Source: an uncultured candidatus Porisulfidus sp.
Lineage (GTDB): Bacteria; Pseudomonadota; Gammaproteobacteria; Poriferisulfidales; Oxydemutatoraceae
Length of the DNA: 64,000 nt
Direction of reading: 5' to 3'
Assembly: GCA_965215125.1 (NCBI GenBank)
Contig: OZ244052.1
Span: 768,001-832,000 of the forward strand
The notes beneath the pieces are model-generated. The model was not told the DNA's origin. It made no database searches and saw only the letters and a list, made by a program, of their open reading frames with translations. Numbering within the stretch: position 1 is the first letter of the stretch; each line of letters opens with the position of its first letter. This document shows positions 1 to 10,871 of this stretch, in pieces. Position numbers and translations under genes: made by a program.

Positions 1-2
1 TA

Positions 3-434
3 GACCCCGAGCAAACCGTTTATGTGGAGGCAGAAAGTCCTAAGATTGGGCGCATCCAAATTCCGACGGTTCTACTCGATGCGATGCATTGCGGCCGATG
101 CTTACCTATAGAGGCGACACTTTCTGCACGGGTGACTTTTCTATGCGCGGAGTACCGACATTTTCTGCAAAGCCCGGGATTATTCGCATCGGCAATATCG
201 CGATTGACGGCTCATGTGGGCAAGAAAAAAATAGCGCATTGGTTGTCCTTGCATAAAGCGGAGAAAATGACAGCGTTGGTAGAGGACTTGCTGGTTTCGC
301 ATTATGACCCTTTTTATACAAGTTCTATGAGTAAACATTTTAAGCATTATCAGAATACCGGTACTACGATACAACTCACTAGCATAGACGAGGAGAATCT
401 CGACAAAGCTGTTGCCGATATTGAACAAATATAG
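3..434 (+). CDS. mnmH: tRNA 2-selenouridine synthase, C-terminal part (gene starts before the window)
   Basis: Frame open from position 3: DPEQTVYVEAESPKIGRIQIP...R..FL..EY...LLVSHYDPFY, typical of the SelU/MnmH C-terminus. Confidence 0.85.
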   Translation, partial: DPEQTVYVEAESPKIGRIQIPTVLLDAMHCGRCLPIEATLSARVTFLCAEYRHFLQSPGLFASAISRLTAHVGKKKIAHWLSLHKAEKMTALVEDLLVSHYDPFYTSSMSKHFKHYQNTGTTIQLTSIDEENLDKAVADIEQI

Positions 435-507
435 GTTGCAGATATAGTAAAATATTCTTAACTATTTAATATATCCTTAATTCCTAAAACTTAAAGAGAA
501 CCAAGTA

Positions 508-1425
508 GTGCCTTATCCTCCTATTTATATCATTAACCTGAAACGGACTCCGGAAAGGAAATTATCTATACAAAGACAGCTTGATGCCTTTAATCTAAAC
601 TATGAATTTGTAGAGGCGATTGACAGATACGATTTAAGGTCTAAAGAGGAGTGCTCAATCATTGCCTATCAACTGGGCATTGACACAAACAATATGGAAA
701 CCTTATACGATTATTGTAACGATCTCGGTGCTTTAGCTTGTTTGTTAAGCCATGTTAAAGTCTATAATTTAATCATAGAAAATAATATTCCATGTACTTG
801 TGTGTTAGAAGATGATGCTTATCTATTACCTGCCTTTCCCAAGATATTAATAGCCGCGCAGCAAATATCCTGGGAGGTTTTAATGCTTTCTAGTCAATCA
901 GCTTATGTTTGGAAAATATTATTGTCTTCCCTTTGCGGTTTCCCTAAATTAATATGCTATAAAAAATATTATCCTGCATTAAATCTCTTTACTGCTCCTA
1001 TCATAGCCTTAAAATTCATGAAGTTTCTTATATTGGAATTTATACTGCGACATAAGAATAGACTCTCAAAACATAAATACATTAAAAAAAGAACTCTCTC
1101 AGAATCTCTACTGTGGTATGTGGCATGTGAAATAGGTGCGATACCTAATCAAGATAGACGTTCATGGCATAAAGTCGCTCCTAATCACTACATTACTACA
1201 CCGTCGTTAAAACCAAATGTAACTTCAGGCATGGCTTATATGCTGACTCGATCGGCAGCAATTAAATGGAAACAGGCAATACTTTCTGATAGAACACACG
1301 CTATAACGCATGCTATAGATCTTGTGCCTTATCAGTTGTACAGAAAAAAAACCTTAAACCTGTATATTGTTACTCCACCCTGTGTTAAGGCTATATATCG
1401 GTATTTAGTAAATAGCAGTAATTGA
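508..1425 (+). CDS. Glycosyltransferase family 25 (LPS/LOS biosynthesis type), copy 1
   Basis: IYIINLKRTPERK, GALACLLSH, VLEDDA and AYML motifs; GTG start; AT-rich. Confidence 0.85.
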   Translation: MPYPPIYIINLKRTPERKLSIQRQLDAFNLNYEFVEAIDRYDLRSKEECSIIAYQLGIDTNNMETLYDYCNDLGALACLLSHVKVYNLIIENNIPCTCVLEDDAYLLPAFPKILIAAQQISWEVLMLSSQSAYVWKILLSSLCGFPKLICYKKYYPALNLFTAPIIALKFMKFLILEFILRHKNRLSKHKYIKKRTLSESLLWYVACEIGAIPNQDRRSWHKVAPNHYITTPSLKPNVTSGMAYMLTRSAAIKWKQAILSDRTHAITHAIDLVPYQLYRKKTLNLYIVTPPCVKAIYRYLVNSSN

Positions 1426-1573
1426 GGCTGTCGGACCGGAATTTGGTCTTCTTCTAAAAAGTAGACAAAACTAAGCTTCTATGTTTTTTCGGGCATAAAC
1501 CGCCGTCGCTAAACACAAAAACTTTGGGACTTATAGCGATTAGTTGACAAACCACAATTATTAAAACTATTAG

Positions 1574-1603
1574 TTGACAAACAATCCTTTTAATTATTAC
1601 AAT
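1574..1603 (+). promoter_or_regulatory. Probable sigma70 promoter of the IS1595 transposase, in a partial internal copy of the left inverted repeat
   Basis: TTGACA (1574-1579), 18-nt spacer, TACAAT (1598-1603); ATTAGTTGACAAAC repeats the IR core. Confidence 0.5.
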
Positions 1604-1637
1604 AATCCCTATAATAGAAACACAATTAGGAAAAGTC

Positions 1638-2564
1638 ATGGCGAAAAGATTAGCAAAAACATTAAGTCTATTTGACTTGATGAAGCAGTACCCTACTGAG
1701 TTAGATGCGATGAGGTACATAGAGCGTATGCGGTGGGGAGATACACTCTGTTGCACTCGTTGTGGAGCGACCGACAAAATTACTGAACGCGAAGACAAAC
1801 TGGCAAACTATTGGTGCGGTTATTGTCGCAAATACTTTAATGCTAAGACCGGCACACCGTTGGAACATAATCGTATCCGTGACCAAAGAGTGTGGATATA
1901 CGCTGCGTATTTGTTAATAACTGCCCGCAAAGGTATTAGCGCAATGCAACTTCACAAGGAACTTTCTATTAGCTATAAAGCAGCTTGGTATCTACTGCAC
2001 AGACTACGGCTTGCTTGCGGTCATCATCTGGCAGCCTTGCGTGGTGAGGTTGAAATAGACGAGACCTATATAGGCGGTAAAGAAAAGAACAAGCATGAAA
2101 GGAAGCGATTAAAGGTGGGTGGCGGGGCCGGCGGTAAATCTACCATACTCGGCCTGCTGCAGCGAGGCGGTCAGTTGATAGCAATGCCGATAAGCGACAC
2201 CACCAAACAAACGCTACATCCGATTATTAGGGATAACATTATGTCGGGTAGCACTTTATACACAGACGATAACCCGTCCTACACAGGAGCCTATAGAAGA
2301 CATCAAGTCGTCAACCATTCGGCAAAGCAATATGTTAATGGTATGGCACACACTAATAGCATAGAAAGTGTATGGGCTTTGCTGAAGCGCGGATACAACC
2401 GAACCTATCATAACTGGAGCATGAAGCATTGCCGGCAATATGTAAATGAGTTTGCCTTCCGTCTCAATGACGGGAACTGTGAGAGAGATACGCAGGATCG
2501 GCTAGATAGCCTGTTTTCTATGATGACAGGCAAGCGAATAACTTATACGAAATTAACCTCATAG
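1638..2564 (+). CDS. IS1595-family transposase
   Basis: Zn ribbon CTRCG...WCGYC, HTH, VEIDETYIGG, LYTDD, HTNSIESVW, YVNEFAFR, GKRITY. Confidence 0.95.
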   Translation: MAKRLAKTLSLFDLMKQYPTELDAMRYIERMRWGDTLCCTRCGATDKITEREDKLANYWCGYCRKYFNAKTGTPLEHNRIRDQRVWIYAAYLLITARKGISAMQLHKELSISYKAAWYLLHRLRLACGHHLAALRGEVEIDETYIGGKEKNKHERKRLKVGGGAGGKSTILGLLQRGGQLIAMPISDTTKQTLHPIIRDNIMSGSTLYTDDNPSYTGAYRRHQVVNHSAKQYVNGMAHTNSIESVWALLKRGYNRTYHNWSMKHCRQYVNEFAFRLNDGNCERDTQDRLDSLFSMMTGKRITYTKLTS

Positions 2565-2622
2565 TTTGTCCAAAACAACAATGTCATTCTCTAATAGACA
2601 ATTGGTGATATAGTGATTACTT

Positions 2623-2787
2623 ATGCGACAAAAAGATCAAACCAAACTAGACAAGGCGGTGCGTGTATTGCTGAATATGGGTAAAGTGCCGCCGCATAAG
2701 CCACTGAAGTTCACCAAAGAAGGCCTTAGAAAAAAATTCAAAATCAAGGTGTCCAGAAGTGGAAAAGGAAAAATAGAGGAAATATAA
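2623..2787 (+). CDS. 54-aa basic passenger ORF inside IS1595
   Basis: Hand translation MRQKDQTKLDKAVRVLLNMGKVPPHKPLKFTKEGLRKKFKIKVSRSGKGKIEEI; fills the space between the transposase and the right IR. Confidence 0.55.
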   Translation: MRQKDQTKLDKAVRVLLNMGKVPPHKPLKFTKEGLRKKFKIKVSRSGKGKIEEI

Positions 2788-2831
2788 AGAAACTTTGTCA
2801 ACTAATCGCTATAGTTCCCAAAATATAAGTA

Positions 2832-3767
2832 ATGCCTTATCCTCCTATTTATATCATCAACCTGAAACGGACTCCGGAAAGGAAATTATCTATACAAAGA
2901 CAGCTTGATGCCTTTAATTTAAACTATGAATTTGTAGAGGCGATTGATAAATACGATTTGAGTTGCAAGGCGAAGCGTGCAATCATTGCAGATCAACTGA
3001 GCGTTGACAAAACCAATATGGAATCTTTATATAATCATTATAACAAATGTCTTATACTCGGAACTTTAGCTTGCCTGTTAAGTCACATTAAGGTCTATAA
3101 TTTAATAATACAAAATAGTATTCCACATGCATGTGTTTTAGAAGATGATGTCTCCCTATTGCCTGCTTTTCCTAGAATATTAATAGCTGCCCGGAAAATA
3201 CCATGGGATATTCTAATGCTTTCTAGCCAATCAAGTTATATTCGCAAAATATTAGATCTTAGATGCCGTAGTTTATACCGATTAATATACTATAAAAAAT
3301 ACTATCCCGAATTAACCTTCTTTACCTTTCGTCTCATAAGCCTGAAAATTATGAAATTTCTTATCTTGCCCGGCAAAATAATCAAAATGATACTCGCAAA
3401 AGACACATACATTAAAAAAAACCGTTATAAGATGGCTTTGCTATACGATATAGCATGTGAAATAGGTTCGCTACCTAATCGAGATAGACATTCATGGCAT
3501 CAAATCACCCCTAATCACTACATCACTACACCGGCGGAAATACCAACAAATGTAACCACAGGTATGGCTTATATGCTAACCCGCTCGGCGGCAATTAAAT
3601 GGAAACAGACAGCACTTCTTAGGTCTACAATGAAATCTATAGACATGATACCTCTTCGTCTACACATCGACAGGCACTTAAACCTTTATATTGTCACTCC
3701 ACCCTGTGCTAAGGCTGTATATCAATTTCTAATAAATTCCGTCAATCTTGGCCCGACATCATTATGA
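2832..3767 (+). CDS. Glycosyltransferase family 25, copy 2
   Basis: Same GT25 motifs as 508..1425; first 39 residues identical. Confidence 0.85.
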   Translation: MPYPPIYIINLKRTPERKLSIQRQLDAFNLNYEFVEAIDKYDLSCKAKRAIIADQLSVDKTNMESLYNHYNKCLILGTLACLLSHIKVYNLIIQNSIPHACVLEDDVSLLPAFPRILIAARKIPWDILMLSSQSSYIRKILDLRCRSLYRLIYYKKYYPELTFFTFRLISLKIMKFLILPGKIIKMILAKDTYIKKNRYKMALLYDIACEIGSLPNRDRHSWHQITPNHYITTPAEIPTNVTTGMAYMLTRSAAIKWKQTALLRSTMKSIDMIPLRLHIDRHLNLYIVTPPCAKAVYQFLINSVNLGPTSL

Positions 3768-3856
3768 AACCGGATTTGATTCGCCTCTAATACGACGCAT
3801 GCCGTGCCGCAATGTCATTTGATAGAATAGACATCTTATTATTCAAATTTAAGTTT

Positions 3857-4738
3857 ATGACACCTAAAACAAATACAATTCAGGGCATGTTGCTATGCTT
3901 GCAGCATTATTGGGCGGAGCAGGGTTGTGCGTTACTGCAGCCCTACGATCTGCCTATGGGAGCAGGTACATTCCATCCGGCGACTTTTCTGCGAGTATTG
4001 GGCACCGAACCTTGGCGGTGTGCCTATGTGCAACCGTGTCGACGTCCTGCAGACGGTCGTTACGGCGACAATCCCAACCGCTTGCAACATTATTATCAGT
4101 TTCAAGTTGTTCTAAAACCTTCGCCGCACGCTATACAGCAGTTATATCTAGATTCTCTAAACGCATTGGGCATTGAAGTCGAACGAGACGATGTGCGTTT
4201 TGTGGAGGATAATTGGGAATCACCCACATTGGGGGCTTGGGGTCTGGGTTGGGAAGTTTGGCTCAACGGGATGGAGATCGGACAATTCACTTACTTCCAA
4301 CAAATGGGTGGGGTAGAGTGTGCGCCGGTTGCGGGCGAGATTACATACGGCATAGAGCGTCTTGCGATGAGCTTACAACAAATAGATAATACTTTTGATC
4401 TGCTATGGGCAAGTTCCGATCACGCAAAGCTATATTATCGTGATTTATTTTATCAAAACGAAAAGCAACAATCGGCTTATAATTTCGACGAGGCAAATGT
4501 ATCTCAATTGAAGCGTCAATTTGACGAAAGAGAGCAAGAGTGTTTACAGTTGATAGAAAAGACATTGGTGTTGCCCGCTTACGAGCAAGCCGTTATGGCC
4601 TCTCATTTTTTCAACCTACTCGATGCACGAGGGGCAATTTCGGTAACCGAAAGGCAACGTTATGTATTGAGAATCTGTAAACTCACATATCGGATCGCTA
4701 AACACATCGGCGACAACGAATCCCGGAATAAACAGTAA
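3857..4738 (+). CDS. glyQ: Glycine-tRNA ligase alpha subunit
   Basis: [48 protein letters not shown]; start placed at MTPK. Confidence 0.98.
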   Translation: MTPKTNTIQGMLLCLQHYWAEQGCALLQPYDLPMGAGTFHPATFLRVLGTEPWRCAYVQPCRRPADGRYGDNPNRLQHYYQFQVVLKPSPHAIQQLYLDSLNALGIEVERDDVRFVEDNWESPTLGAWGLGWEVWLNGMEIGQFTYFQQMGGVECAPVAGEITYGIERLAMSLQQIDNTFDLLWASSDHAKLYYRDLFYQNEKQQSAYNFDEANVSQLKRQFDEREQECLQLIEKTLVLPAYEQAVMASHFFNLLDARGAISVTERQRYVLRICKLTYRIAKHIGDNESRNKQ

Positions 4739-4778
4739 ACCGCTTAGCCGATATATAGAATTAAAGTCATCCGAGAAA

Positions 4779-6878
4779 ATGCAGAGACACAATTTGCTCG
4801 TAGAAATAGGCACCGAAGAACTGCCTCCCGACGGATTATTCGAATTGGGCGAGGCTTTTGCGCAAACCCTTAAAAAGCTATGCGGTGATGCCGGCTTTGA
4901 CAGCGAGCAGGCACATTCTTTTGCAACACCCCGCCGTATCGCCGCTCGGTTGGATGCTTTGGTCGAAACACAAGCAGACCAAACGATAAAGCGCAAGGGA
5001 CCACTCATAGCAAAAGCATACGATAAAGACGGAAACCCGCTGCCGGCGGCGATCGGTTTTGCCAAATCGTGCAAAGTAGCAATATCGGAACTGCAGATGA
5101 TTGAGATTAAAGACGAACAACGTCTTTATGTTGAAAAAACCGTCAAAGGTCAAAACATAAACGATTGTATTGCGATGTTGTTAGAGCAAACACTGCAACA
5201 ATTACCAATGAGTAAACGGATGCGGTGGGGAGATACCGATTATGAATTCATACGCCCGATACATTGGGTGCTGGTTCTATACGGTGAGCAAACACTCGAA
5301 CTGGAAGTAGCAGGCATCACCGCCGGCAAGCATACTTATGGACATCGTTATCATTGTCCCGACGCGCTGAGCGTGCCGCATGCGGATCACTACGAAAATC
5401 TATTGGAGCAACAGGCTAAAGTCATTCCTTCGTTCAAAAAACGCTTGCAAAAAATAAGTTTGCAAATAGAAAAGGCAGCGCAACTCGGCAAAGTGCAAAC
5501 AAACGACCGCCTACTCGAGCAGGTTACATCGATTGTTGAGTGGCCGATTGCAGTTTCCGGTCGCTTTGACGAAAGTTTTTTGAACCTACCGGCAATAGTG
5601 ATCGGCAAGATACTGGAAAAAGACCAAAAATGCTTTACCGTTTTAGCTGCGGACGAATCTCTAGTGCCGGAATTTATAGTGATAGCCAATATAGAAAGCA
5701 CCGACCCCGATGCATTACGCCACGGTTATGAACGAGTGGTAGAACCTAGACTGAAGGACGCGAGCTTTTTTATCCATCAAGATAGAAAACACTCGCTGGT
5801 ACATTATGCGGATAGTCTTGATAAATTAGTTTTTCATCAACGCTTAGGCAATTTAGCGGATAAGGTTGCACGCATCACGGATATATCTCGCGCTATCGCA
5901 CAACATTTGTCGGTATCGGATAGTGCCTATGATTTTGACCGACAAGACAAAGGGACAATTGAACGAGCTGCTTATCTTTGCAAAGCAGATCTCAGAACCG
6001 GCATCGTTTGCGAATATCCCGAACTCGCCGGCTATATAGGTGGCTATTATGCAGAATGCGACGGCGAACCTCCGACGATATGCCGTGCAATACGGCAGCA
6101 TATAAAACCGGTGCGCGCCGGCGATTCGCTGCCCGACGAAAAAATTGCTATCGTACTGGCGATTGCCGATAGGCTGGATACCCTGGTCGGTATTTTCGGA
6201 ATTGGAGAATATCCGAGTGGTAGCCGCGATCCTTATGCACTACGGCGCGCAAGTCTGGCACTGATACGCATCCTCAACGAATACCAACTGGATTTGGATT
6301 TGGCAGTGTGGGTTGAACAAAGCCGGCAACGCTATGCCGAAAAAGTCAAAGAACAAGGTGTTGTGAGATTGTTAGATTATTTGAAAGAGCGGCTCAAACA
6401 TTATTTCATAGAGTGTGGCTTTAGCGGCGATAGAGTAGATGCGGTCGCTACAAATCGAACTCTGCATTGTCACGATATGCACCAACGTCTGCTCAAACTG
6501 CAAAGTTTTATGCAAATGCCCCAAAGCATTGAACTTGCGGCAGCAACTAAACGAATACGCAATATCTTAAAAAATAATCTCCCCGAAAATATCGGAAAAC
6601 TTGATCCGTTAGCGTTGAATGACGATGCAGAATGTCGGCTTTATGAAGCGTTTAATAAACGAAGCCCACAAGTTCGGACGCTAATCAAACACGGAGACTA
6701 TTTAGAAGCCCTAAAGACTCTGGCACAGCTACACGACCCTATAGACAACTTTTTTGATAAAGTGCTCGTGATGTCCAAAAATGAAACCGAAAAAAATAAC
6801 CGCCTCATCTTACTCTACCAAATCGATTGCTTGTTTATGCAGATTGTAGATTTCTCCGCGCTTCAATTAGATGAATAG
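4779..6878 (+). CDS. glyS: Glycine-tRNA ligase beta subunit
   Basis: LLVEIGTEELP, ATPRR, MRWG..FIRPIHW, GSRDPYALRR; follows glyQ. Confidence 0.98.
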   Translation: MQRHNLLVEIGTEELPPDGLFELGEAFAQTLKKLCGDAGFDSEQAHSFATPRRIAARLDALVETQADQTIKRKGPLIAKAYDKDGNPLPAAIGFAKSCKVAISELQMIEIKDEQRLYVEKTVKGQNINDCIAMLLEQTLQQLPMSKRMRWGDTDYEFIRPIHWVLVLYGEQTLELEVAGITAGKHTYGHRYHCPDALSVPHADHYENLLEQQAKVIPSFKKRLQKISLQIEKAAQLGKVQTNDRLLEQVTSIVEWPIAVSGRFDESFLNLPAIVIGKILEKDQKCFTVLAADESLVPEFIVIANIESTDPDALRHGYERVVEPRLKDASFFIHQDRKHSLVHYADSLDKLVFHQRLGNLADKVARITDISRAIAQHLSVSDSAYDFDRQDKGTIERAAYLCKADLRTGIVCEYPELAGYIGGYYAECDGEPPTICRAIRQHIKPVRAGDSLPDEKIAIVLAIADRLDTLVGIFGIGEYPSGSRDPYALRRASLALIRILNEYQLDLDLAVWVEQSRQRYAEKVKEQGVVRLLDYLKERLKHYFIECGFSGDRVDAVATNRTLHCHDMHQRLLKLQSFMQMPQSIELAAATKRIRNILKNNLPENIGKLDPLALNDDAECRLYEAFNKRSPQVRTLIKHGDYLEALKTLAQLHDPIDNFFDKVLVMSKNETEKNNRLILLYQIDCLFMQIVDFSALQLDE

Positions 6879-6929
6879 TTTTATGACATGGGACTGTTGA
6901 GAAAGTATCCACAAACTTTAGGGACGGTA

Positions 6930-6991
6930 CATTCCCCTCCTTCGGAGGGGTGGCAGGCGCAGCCTGACGGGGTGGTTGTGTCGTATCTGCA
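6930..6991. repeat. REP-like palindromic repeat
   Basis: Hairpins CCCCTCC-TTC-GGAGGGG and CAGGC-GCA-GCCTG; 6930-6961 is an exact inverted copy of 45867-45898. Confidence 0.8.
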
Positions 6992-7100
6992 CTATTTTAT
7001 TCATTCATCCAATTTATGGAAATCAAAACCAAATGGCGCAAGCGGTTGCGGTTATTCCGAAGGCGAACATGCAAGTCCGCTTCTACATTAAGCATAAATA

Positions 7101-8066
7101 ATGCAGTTGCTTCATAGCCTAGACAACCTAGCTAAATTCAAGCATCCTTGCGTTGCCACGATAGGTGCTTTTGATGCCCTGCATATAGGACATCGAGCGA
7201 TTATAGCTAAGACTAAAGCCTTAGCGAAAGATTATCGCTTACCGGTGGTCGTGGTGATGTTTGAACCGTTGCCCGGCGAGTTCTTTGCCGATAAAGACGC
7301 ATTGCCGAAGCGCATCTACACGCTACGCAAGCGTATCGAATTAGTGCGAGATATCGGTGCCGACTATTTGGTGTGCCTAAACTTCAATAAAACTTTAGCG
7401 AATTGGACGGCGGCTGAATTCATTCAAAGTATCATACTGGACGGCTTGCACGCGCGTCATTTAGTCGTAGGAGACGATTTCCGTTTCGGTAAAAACAGAG
7501 AAGGAGACTATAATATGCTCTGCGATTACCGGAGTCGTTTCGGTTTCGAGCTGAGTCGCATGAATGCGGTGACGGTCGGAAATGTGCGGGTTAGTAGCAC
7601 TCGGATACGCGAGTTGTTACTCGCCGGCGAGTTGGCACAAGCCAATCGTATGCTCGGAAGTCTTTATAGTGTGACAGGTCGCGTTCGCCTAGGCGATAGA
7701 TTGGGTACACAATTAGGTTACCCTACCGCTAATTTGAGTTTCGGGAAACGCCAACCGCCGTTGCACGGTGTTTTTGCGGTTTCGGTGGAGGTTTTAGGCA
7801 TGAAACTTAAAGGTGTATCCAATGCCGGTGTACGCCCTACCGTAGATGCCGAACAATACCGAATAGAAACTCATATTTTTGATTTTGATAGCGATGTGTA
7901 CGGAGAACGAATGACTATTTATCCGCAACACTATCTCAGGGCGGAACAGCGATACAACGATATAGCGCAACTCAAAAATGCGATACGCAAAGACCTCAGA
8001 GTAGCAAAGGTGCTTTTAGAAAGCGAACCGAATGATGATACACAGACACGATATGTTAATAACTAA
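7101..8066 (+). CDS. ribF: Bifunctional riboflavin kinase/FAD synthetase
   Basis: TIGAFDALHIGH, VGDDFRFG, VSSTRIR, GYPTAN, GVRPT, ETHIFDF. Confidence 0.97.
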   Translation: MQLLHSLDNLAKFKHPCVATIGAFDALHIGHRAIIAKTKALAKDYRLPVVVVMFEPLPGEFFADKDALPKRIYTLRKRIELVRDIGADYLVCLNFNKTLANWTAAEFIQSIILDGLHARHLVVGDDFRFGKNREGDYNMLCDYRSRFGFELSRMNAVTVGNVRVSSTRIRELLLAGELAQANRMLGSLYSVTGRVRLGDRLGTQLGYPTANLSFGKRQPPLHGVFAVSVEVLGMKLKGVSNAGVRPTVDAEQYRIETHIFDFDSDVYGERMTIYPQHYLRAEQRYNDIAQLKNAIRKDLRVAKVLLESEPNDDTQTRYVNN

Positions 8067-8075
8067 ATACGAACG

Positions 8076-10871
8076 ATGGGAGACTACAAAGACACATTAA
8101 ATCTACCGAAAACCGACTTCCCGATGCGCGCCAACTTGGCGCAACGAGAACCGGAAATTTTGGCTTATTGGGAGTCGATAAAACTGTACGAGCTGATACG
8201 CTCAAAGCGATGCGGGCGCGAACAGTTTATCCTTCATGACGGTCCTCCTTATGCAAACGGCGATATCCATATCGGACATGCGGTCAATAAAACGCTAAAA
8301 GATATCATTGTCAAAAGTCGGTTGATGCAAGGACTCGATGCGCCTTATGTGCCGGGTTGGGATTGTCACGGACTGCCTATAGAACAACAAGTGGAAAAAA
8401 AATACGGCAAAGCCAAAACCACAGAAGACACTATGTTGTTTAGAAAACGATGCCGGGAGTATGCCACCGGTCAAATTGAAAAACAACGACAAGATTTTAT
8501 ACGCCTGGGTGTGTTGGGTGATTGGCAAAATCCTTATCTCAGCATGGCGTTTGATACCGAAGCAGATATATTGAGAACCCTAGGTACGTTGCTCGGCAAA
8601 GGCTATCTGAAGCAAGGACATAAACCGGTGCATTGGTGCTTGGAATGTGGCTCGGCACTTGCCGAAGCGGAGGTTGAATATCACGATAAAGTATCCAAAG
8701 CGGTCGATGTCGCATTTGCCGTACAGAACACGGACAACCTAAACGAAAAGCTACAACTAGAAACCGACACCGCATCTAATATAGTAATTTGGACTACCAC
8801 ACCATGGACTTTGCCTGCCAACCAAGCCGTTGCACTGCACCCGAAGTTAGATTATGTGGCACTTCTCCACGACACTCAAATCTATATCGTCGCCGAGGGA
8901 CTTGCCGAACAATGTTGCACGCGTTACGGGTGGGATCCCACTGTGCTATGTACTTTCAAGGGCGAATGTTTAGAAGGCTTAGATCTGAAGCACCCTTTTT
9001 ACGATTATACCGTGCCGATCGTTATGGGTGCGCATGTAACTCTGGAAGCCGGCACCGGTTGCGTACACATCGCACCGGCACACGGTGTAGACGATTATAT
9101 ATTGGGACAACGCTACGAACTTCGTTGTCAAACACCGCTATCGACCAATGCCGTATTCGCACCTACGGCAGGATTTCTAGCCGGCTGTCATGTGCGCAAA
9201 AGCGATGCATCGATTATCGAGAGGCTCGATGAAAACCGAAAATTAGTGCACAGTTGCGATTACGAGCACAGCTATCCTCACTGCTGGCGGCATAAAACCC
9301 CTATCATCTTTAGGGCAACCCCACAATGGTTTATAAGCCTAAAAAATAACGGGTTGTTGGATAAGGCATCTGCCGAATGCGATACAGTGCATTGGACACC
9401 GCAATGGGGACACGCGCGTATCAAAGGAATGCTGGGTTCTAGACCGGACTGGTGCGTGTCTAGGCAACGCTATTGGGGTGTACCGATCGCAGTATTCGTA
9501 CACAAACAGTCCGGTAACTTACATCCCCGTACCGCGGAAATCATAGAACATGTGGCACAAAAAATAGAACAAACCGGTATAGAAGCATGGTTTGAATCGA
9601 ACTACGAAGAACTCCTGGGAGACGATGCGAACGACTATAGGAAAGTCGAAGATGTATTGGATGTCTGGTTTGACTCGGGTGCCACACACGCTTGCATACT
9701 CGATAAACGCAACGAATTGCGGCGGCCTGCCGACCTCTATTTGGAGGGATCGGATCAACATCGCGGGTGGTTTCAATCGTCGTTGCTCACTTCGGTTGCA
9801 TACGACGGTAAGGCACCGTATCTCGGCGTGCTGACACATGGCTTTGTGGTAGACGAAAGTGGTCAGAAAATGTCTAAATCCAAAGGCAACGTAGTCTCAC
9901 CCCAAAATGTTATCAAACAATACGGTGCCGATATTTTACGATTGTGGGTCGCAGCAACCGACTCCAGTGGCGAGATGACTATAGCCGACGAAATTCTAAA
10001 ACGGATTGTAGACGCGTATCGCCGTATCAGAAACACGGCGCGCTTTTTATTGGCTAACTTGAGCGATTTTGATCCCGAAGCGGATCAAATAGATCCGAAT
10101 TCTATGCTCGCATTGGATCGCTGGGCAGTTGCCGTTAGTGCCGAGTTGCAACGCGAAATACGAGAAGACTACAAAGACTATACTTTTCATCGTCTATACC
10201 ATCGGCTACATAATTTTTGCAGTATACAGATGGGTGGTTTTTATTTGGATATTATCAAAGACCGTCTCTACACGGTACACCCCCAAGCCCCGGCTAGGCG
10301 TTCTGCACAAACTGCGATGTATCACATCATCCAAGCATTGGTGAGATGGATCGCACCGATTTTAAGTTTTACCGCGGAAGAGATCTATAAATCACTACCG
10401 GGCACGAAATTAAAAAGCGTTTTCTTATCCGAATGGTACGACGGTTTGTTCGATCTATCGGAGAATGAATTGCCGAACATGTCCGAGTGGAATCAGATAC
10501 TCGGTTTACGGGATGTCGTCAACAAGCAAATAGAAAACATAAGACAAACCGGTGTCATAGGTTCCTCGCTCGATGCCGAGATAAAGCTCTATTGCGATGG
10601 CAACGATTACCGACTAATCAAACAACTGGATCAAGAACTTAAATTCTTGTTCATTACCTCGGCTGCCGAAGTCTTTCCATCGGCACAAGCCGGCGACGAT
10701 TCCGTACAAATCTCGGAGCGTATAGCGATCGCTATATCCGCCAGCCGATATCCCAAATGTCCGCGTTGTTGGCAACACTGTGACGATCTTGAGGGATCCG
10801 ATCATGGTACAACATGTGCGCGCTGCATGCTAAATGTCAACGGTGAAGGCGAAAAACGCACCTATTTATAA
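8076..10871 (+). CDS. ileS: Isoleucine-tRNA ligase
   Basis: [22 protein letters not shown]-terminal CPRCW...CARC Zn finger. Confidence 0.99.
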   Translation: MGDYKDTLNLPKTDFPMRANLAQREPEILAYWESIKLYELIRSKRCGREQFILHDGPPYANGDIHIGHAVNKTLKDIIVKSRLMQGLDAPYVPGWDCHGLPIEQQVEKKYGKAKTTEDTMLFRKRCREYATGQIEKQRQDFIRLGVLGDWQNPYLSMAFDTEADILRTLGTLLGKGYLKQGHKPVHWCLECGSALAEAEVEYHDKVSKAVDVAFAVQNTDNLNEKLQLETDTASNIVIWTTTPWTLPANQAVALHPKLDYVALLHDTQIYIVAEGLAEQCCTRYGWDPTVLCTFKGECLEGLDLKHPFYDYTVPIVMGAHVTLEAGTGCVHIAPAHGVDDYILGQRYELRCQTPLSTNAVFAPTAGFLAGCHVRKSDASIIERLDENRKLVHSCDYEHSYPHCWRHKTPIIFRATPQWFISLKNNGLLDKASAECDTVHWTPQWGHARIKGMLGSRPDWCVSRQRYWGVPIAVFVHKQSGNLHPRTAEIIEHVAQKIEQTGIEAWFESNYEELLGDDANDYRKVEDVLDVWFDSGATHACILDKRNELRRPADLYLEGSDQHRGWFQSSLLTSVAYDGKAPYLGVLTHGFVVDESGQKMSKSKGNVVSPQNVIKQYGADILRLWVAATDSSGEMTIADEILKRIVDAYRRIRNTARFLLANLSDFDPEADQIDPNSMLALDRWAVAVSAELQREIREDYKDYTFHRLYHRLHNFCSIQMGGFYLDIIKDRLYTVHPQAPARRSAQTAMYHIIQALVRWIAPILSFTAEEIYKSLPGTKLKSVFLSEWYDGLFDLSENELPNMSEWNQILGLRDVVNKQIENIRQTGVIGSSLDAEIKLYCDGNDYRLIKQLDQELKFLFITSAAEVFPSAQAGDDSVQISERIAIAISASRYPKCPRCWQHCDDLEGSDHGTTCARCMLNVNGEGEKRTYL

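Larger units (their letters stand above)
1526..2819 (+). mobile_element. IS1595-family insertion sequence
   Basis: 26-bp terminal inverted repeats GGGACTTATAGCGATTAGTTGACAAA (1526-1551) and TTTGTCAACTAATCGCTATAGTTCCC (2794-2819), 24/26 match; encloses a transposase; no matching target duplication. Confidence 0.9.

Noticed and set aside
3-434. Selenocysteine or stop-codon recoding suggested by mnmH
   Set aside because: No gene in the window needs TGA readthrough; the core genes end at expected lengths
961-3421. A6-A8 tracts in the GT25 genes as phase-variation sites
   Set aside because: Short runs are expected in AT-rich Lys codons and both genes are in frame
6888-7091. 67-aa ORF between glyS and ribF
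   Set aside because: It runs across the REP-like repeat and is probably spurious
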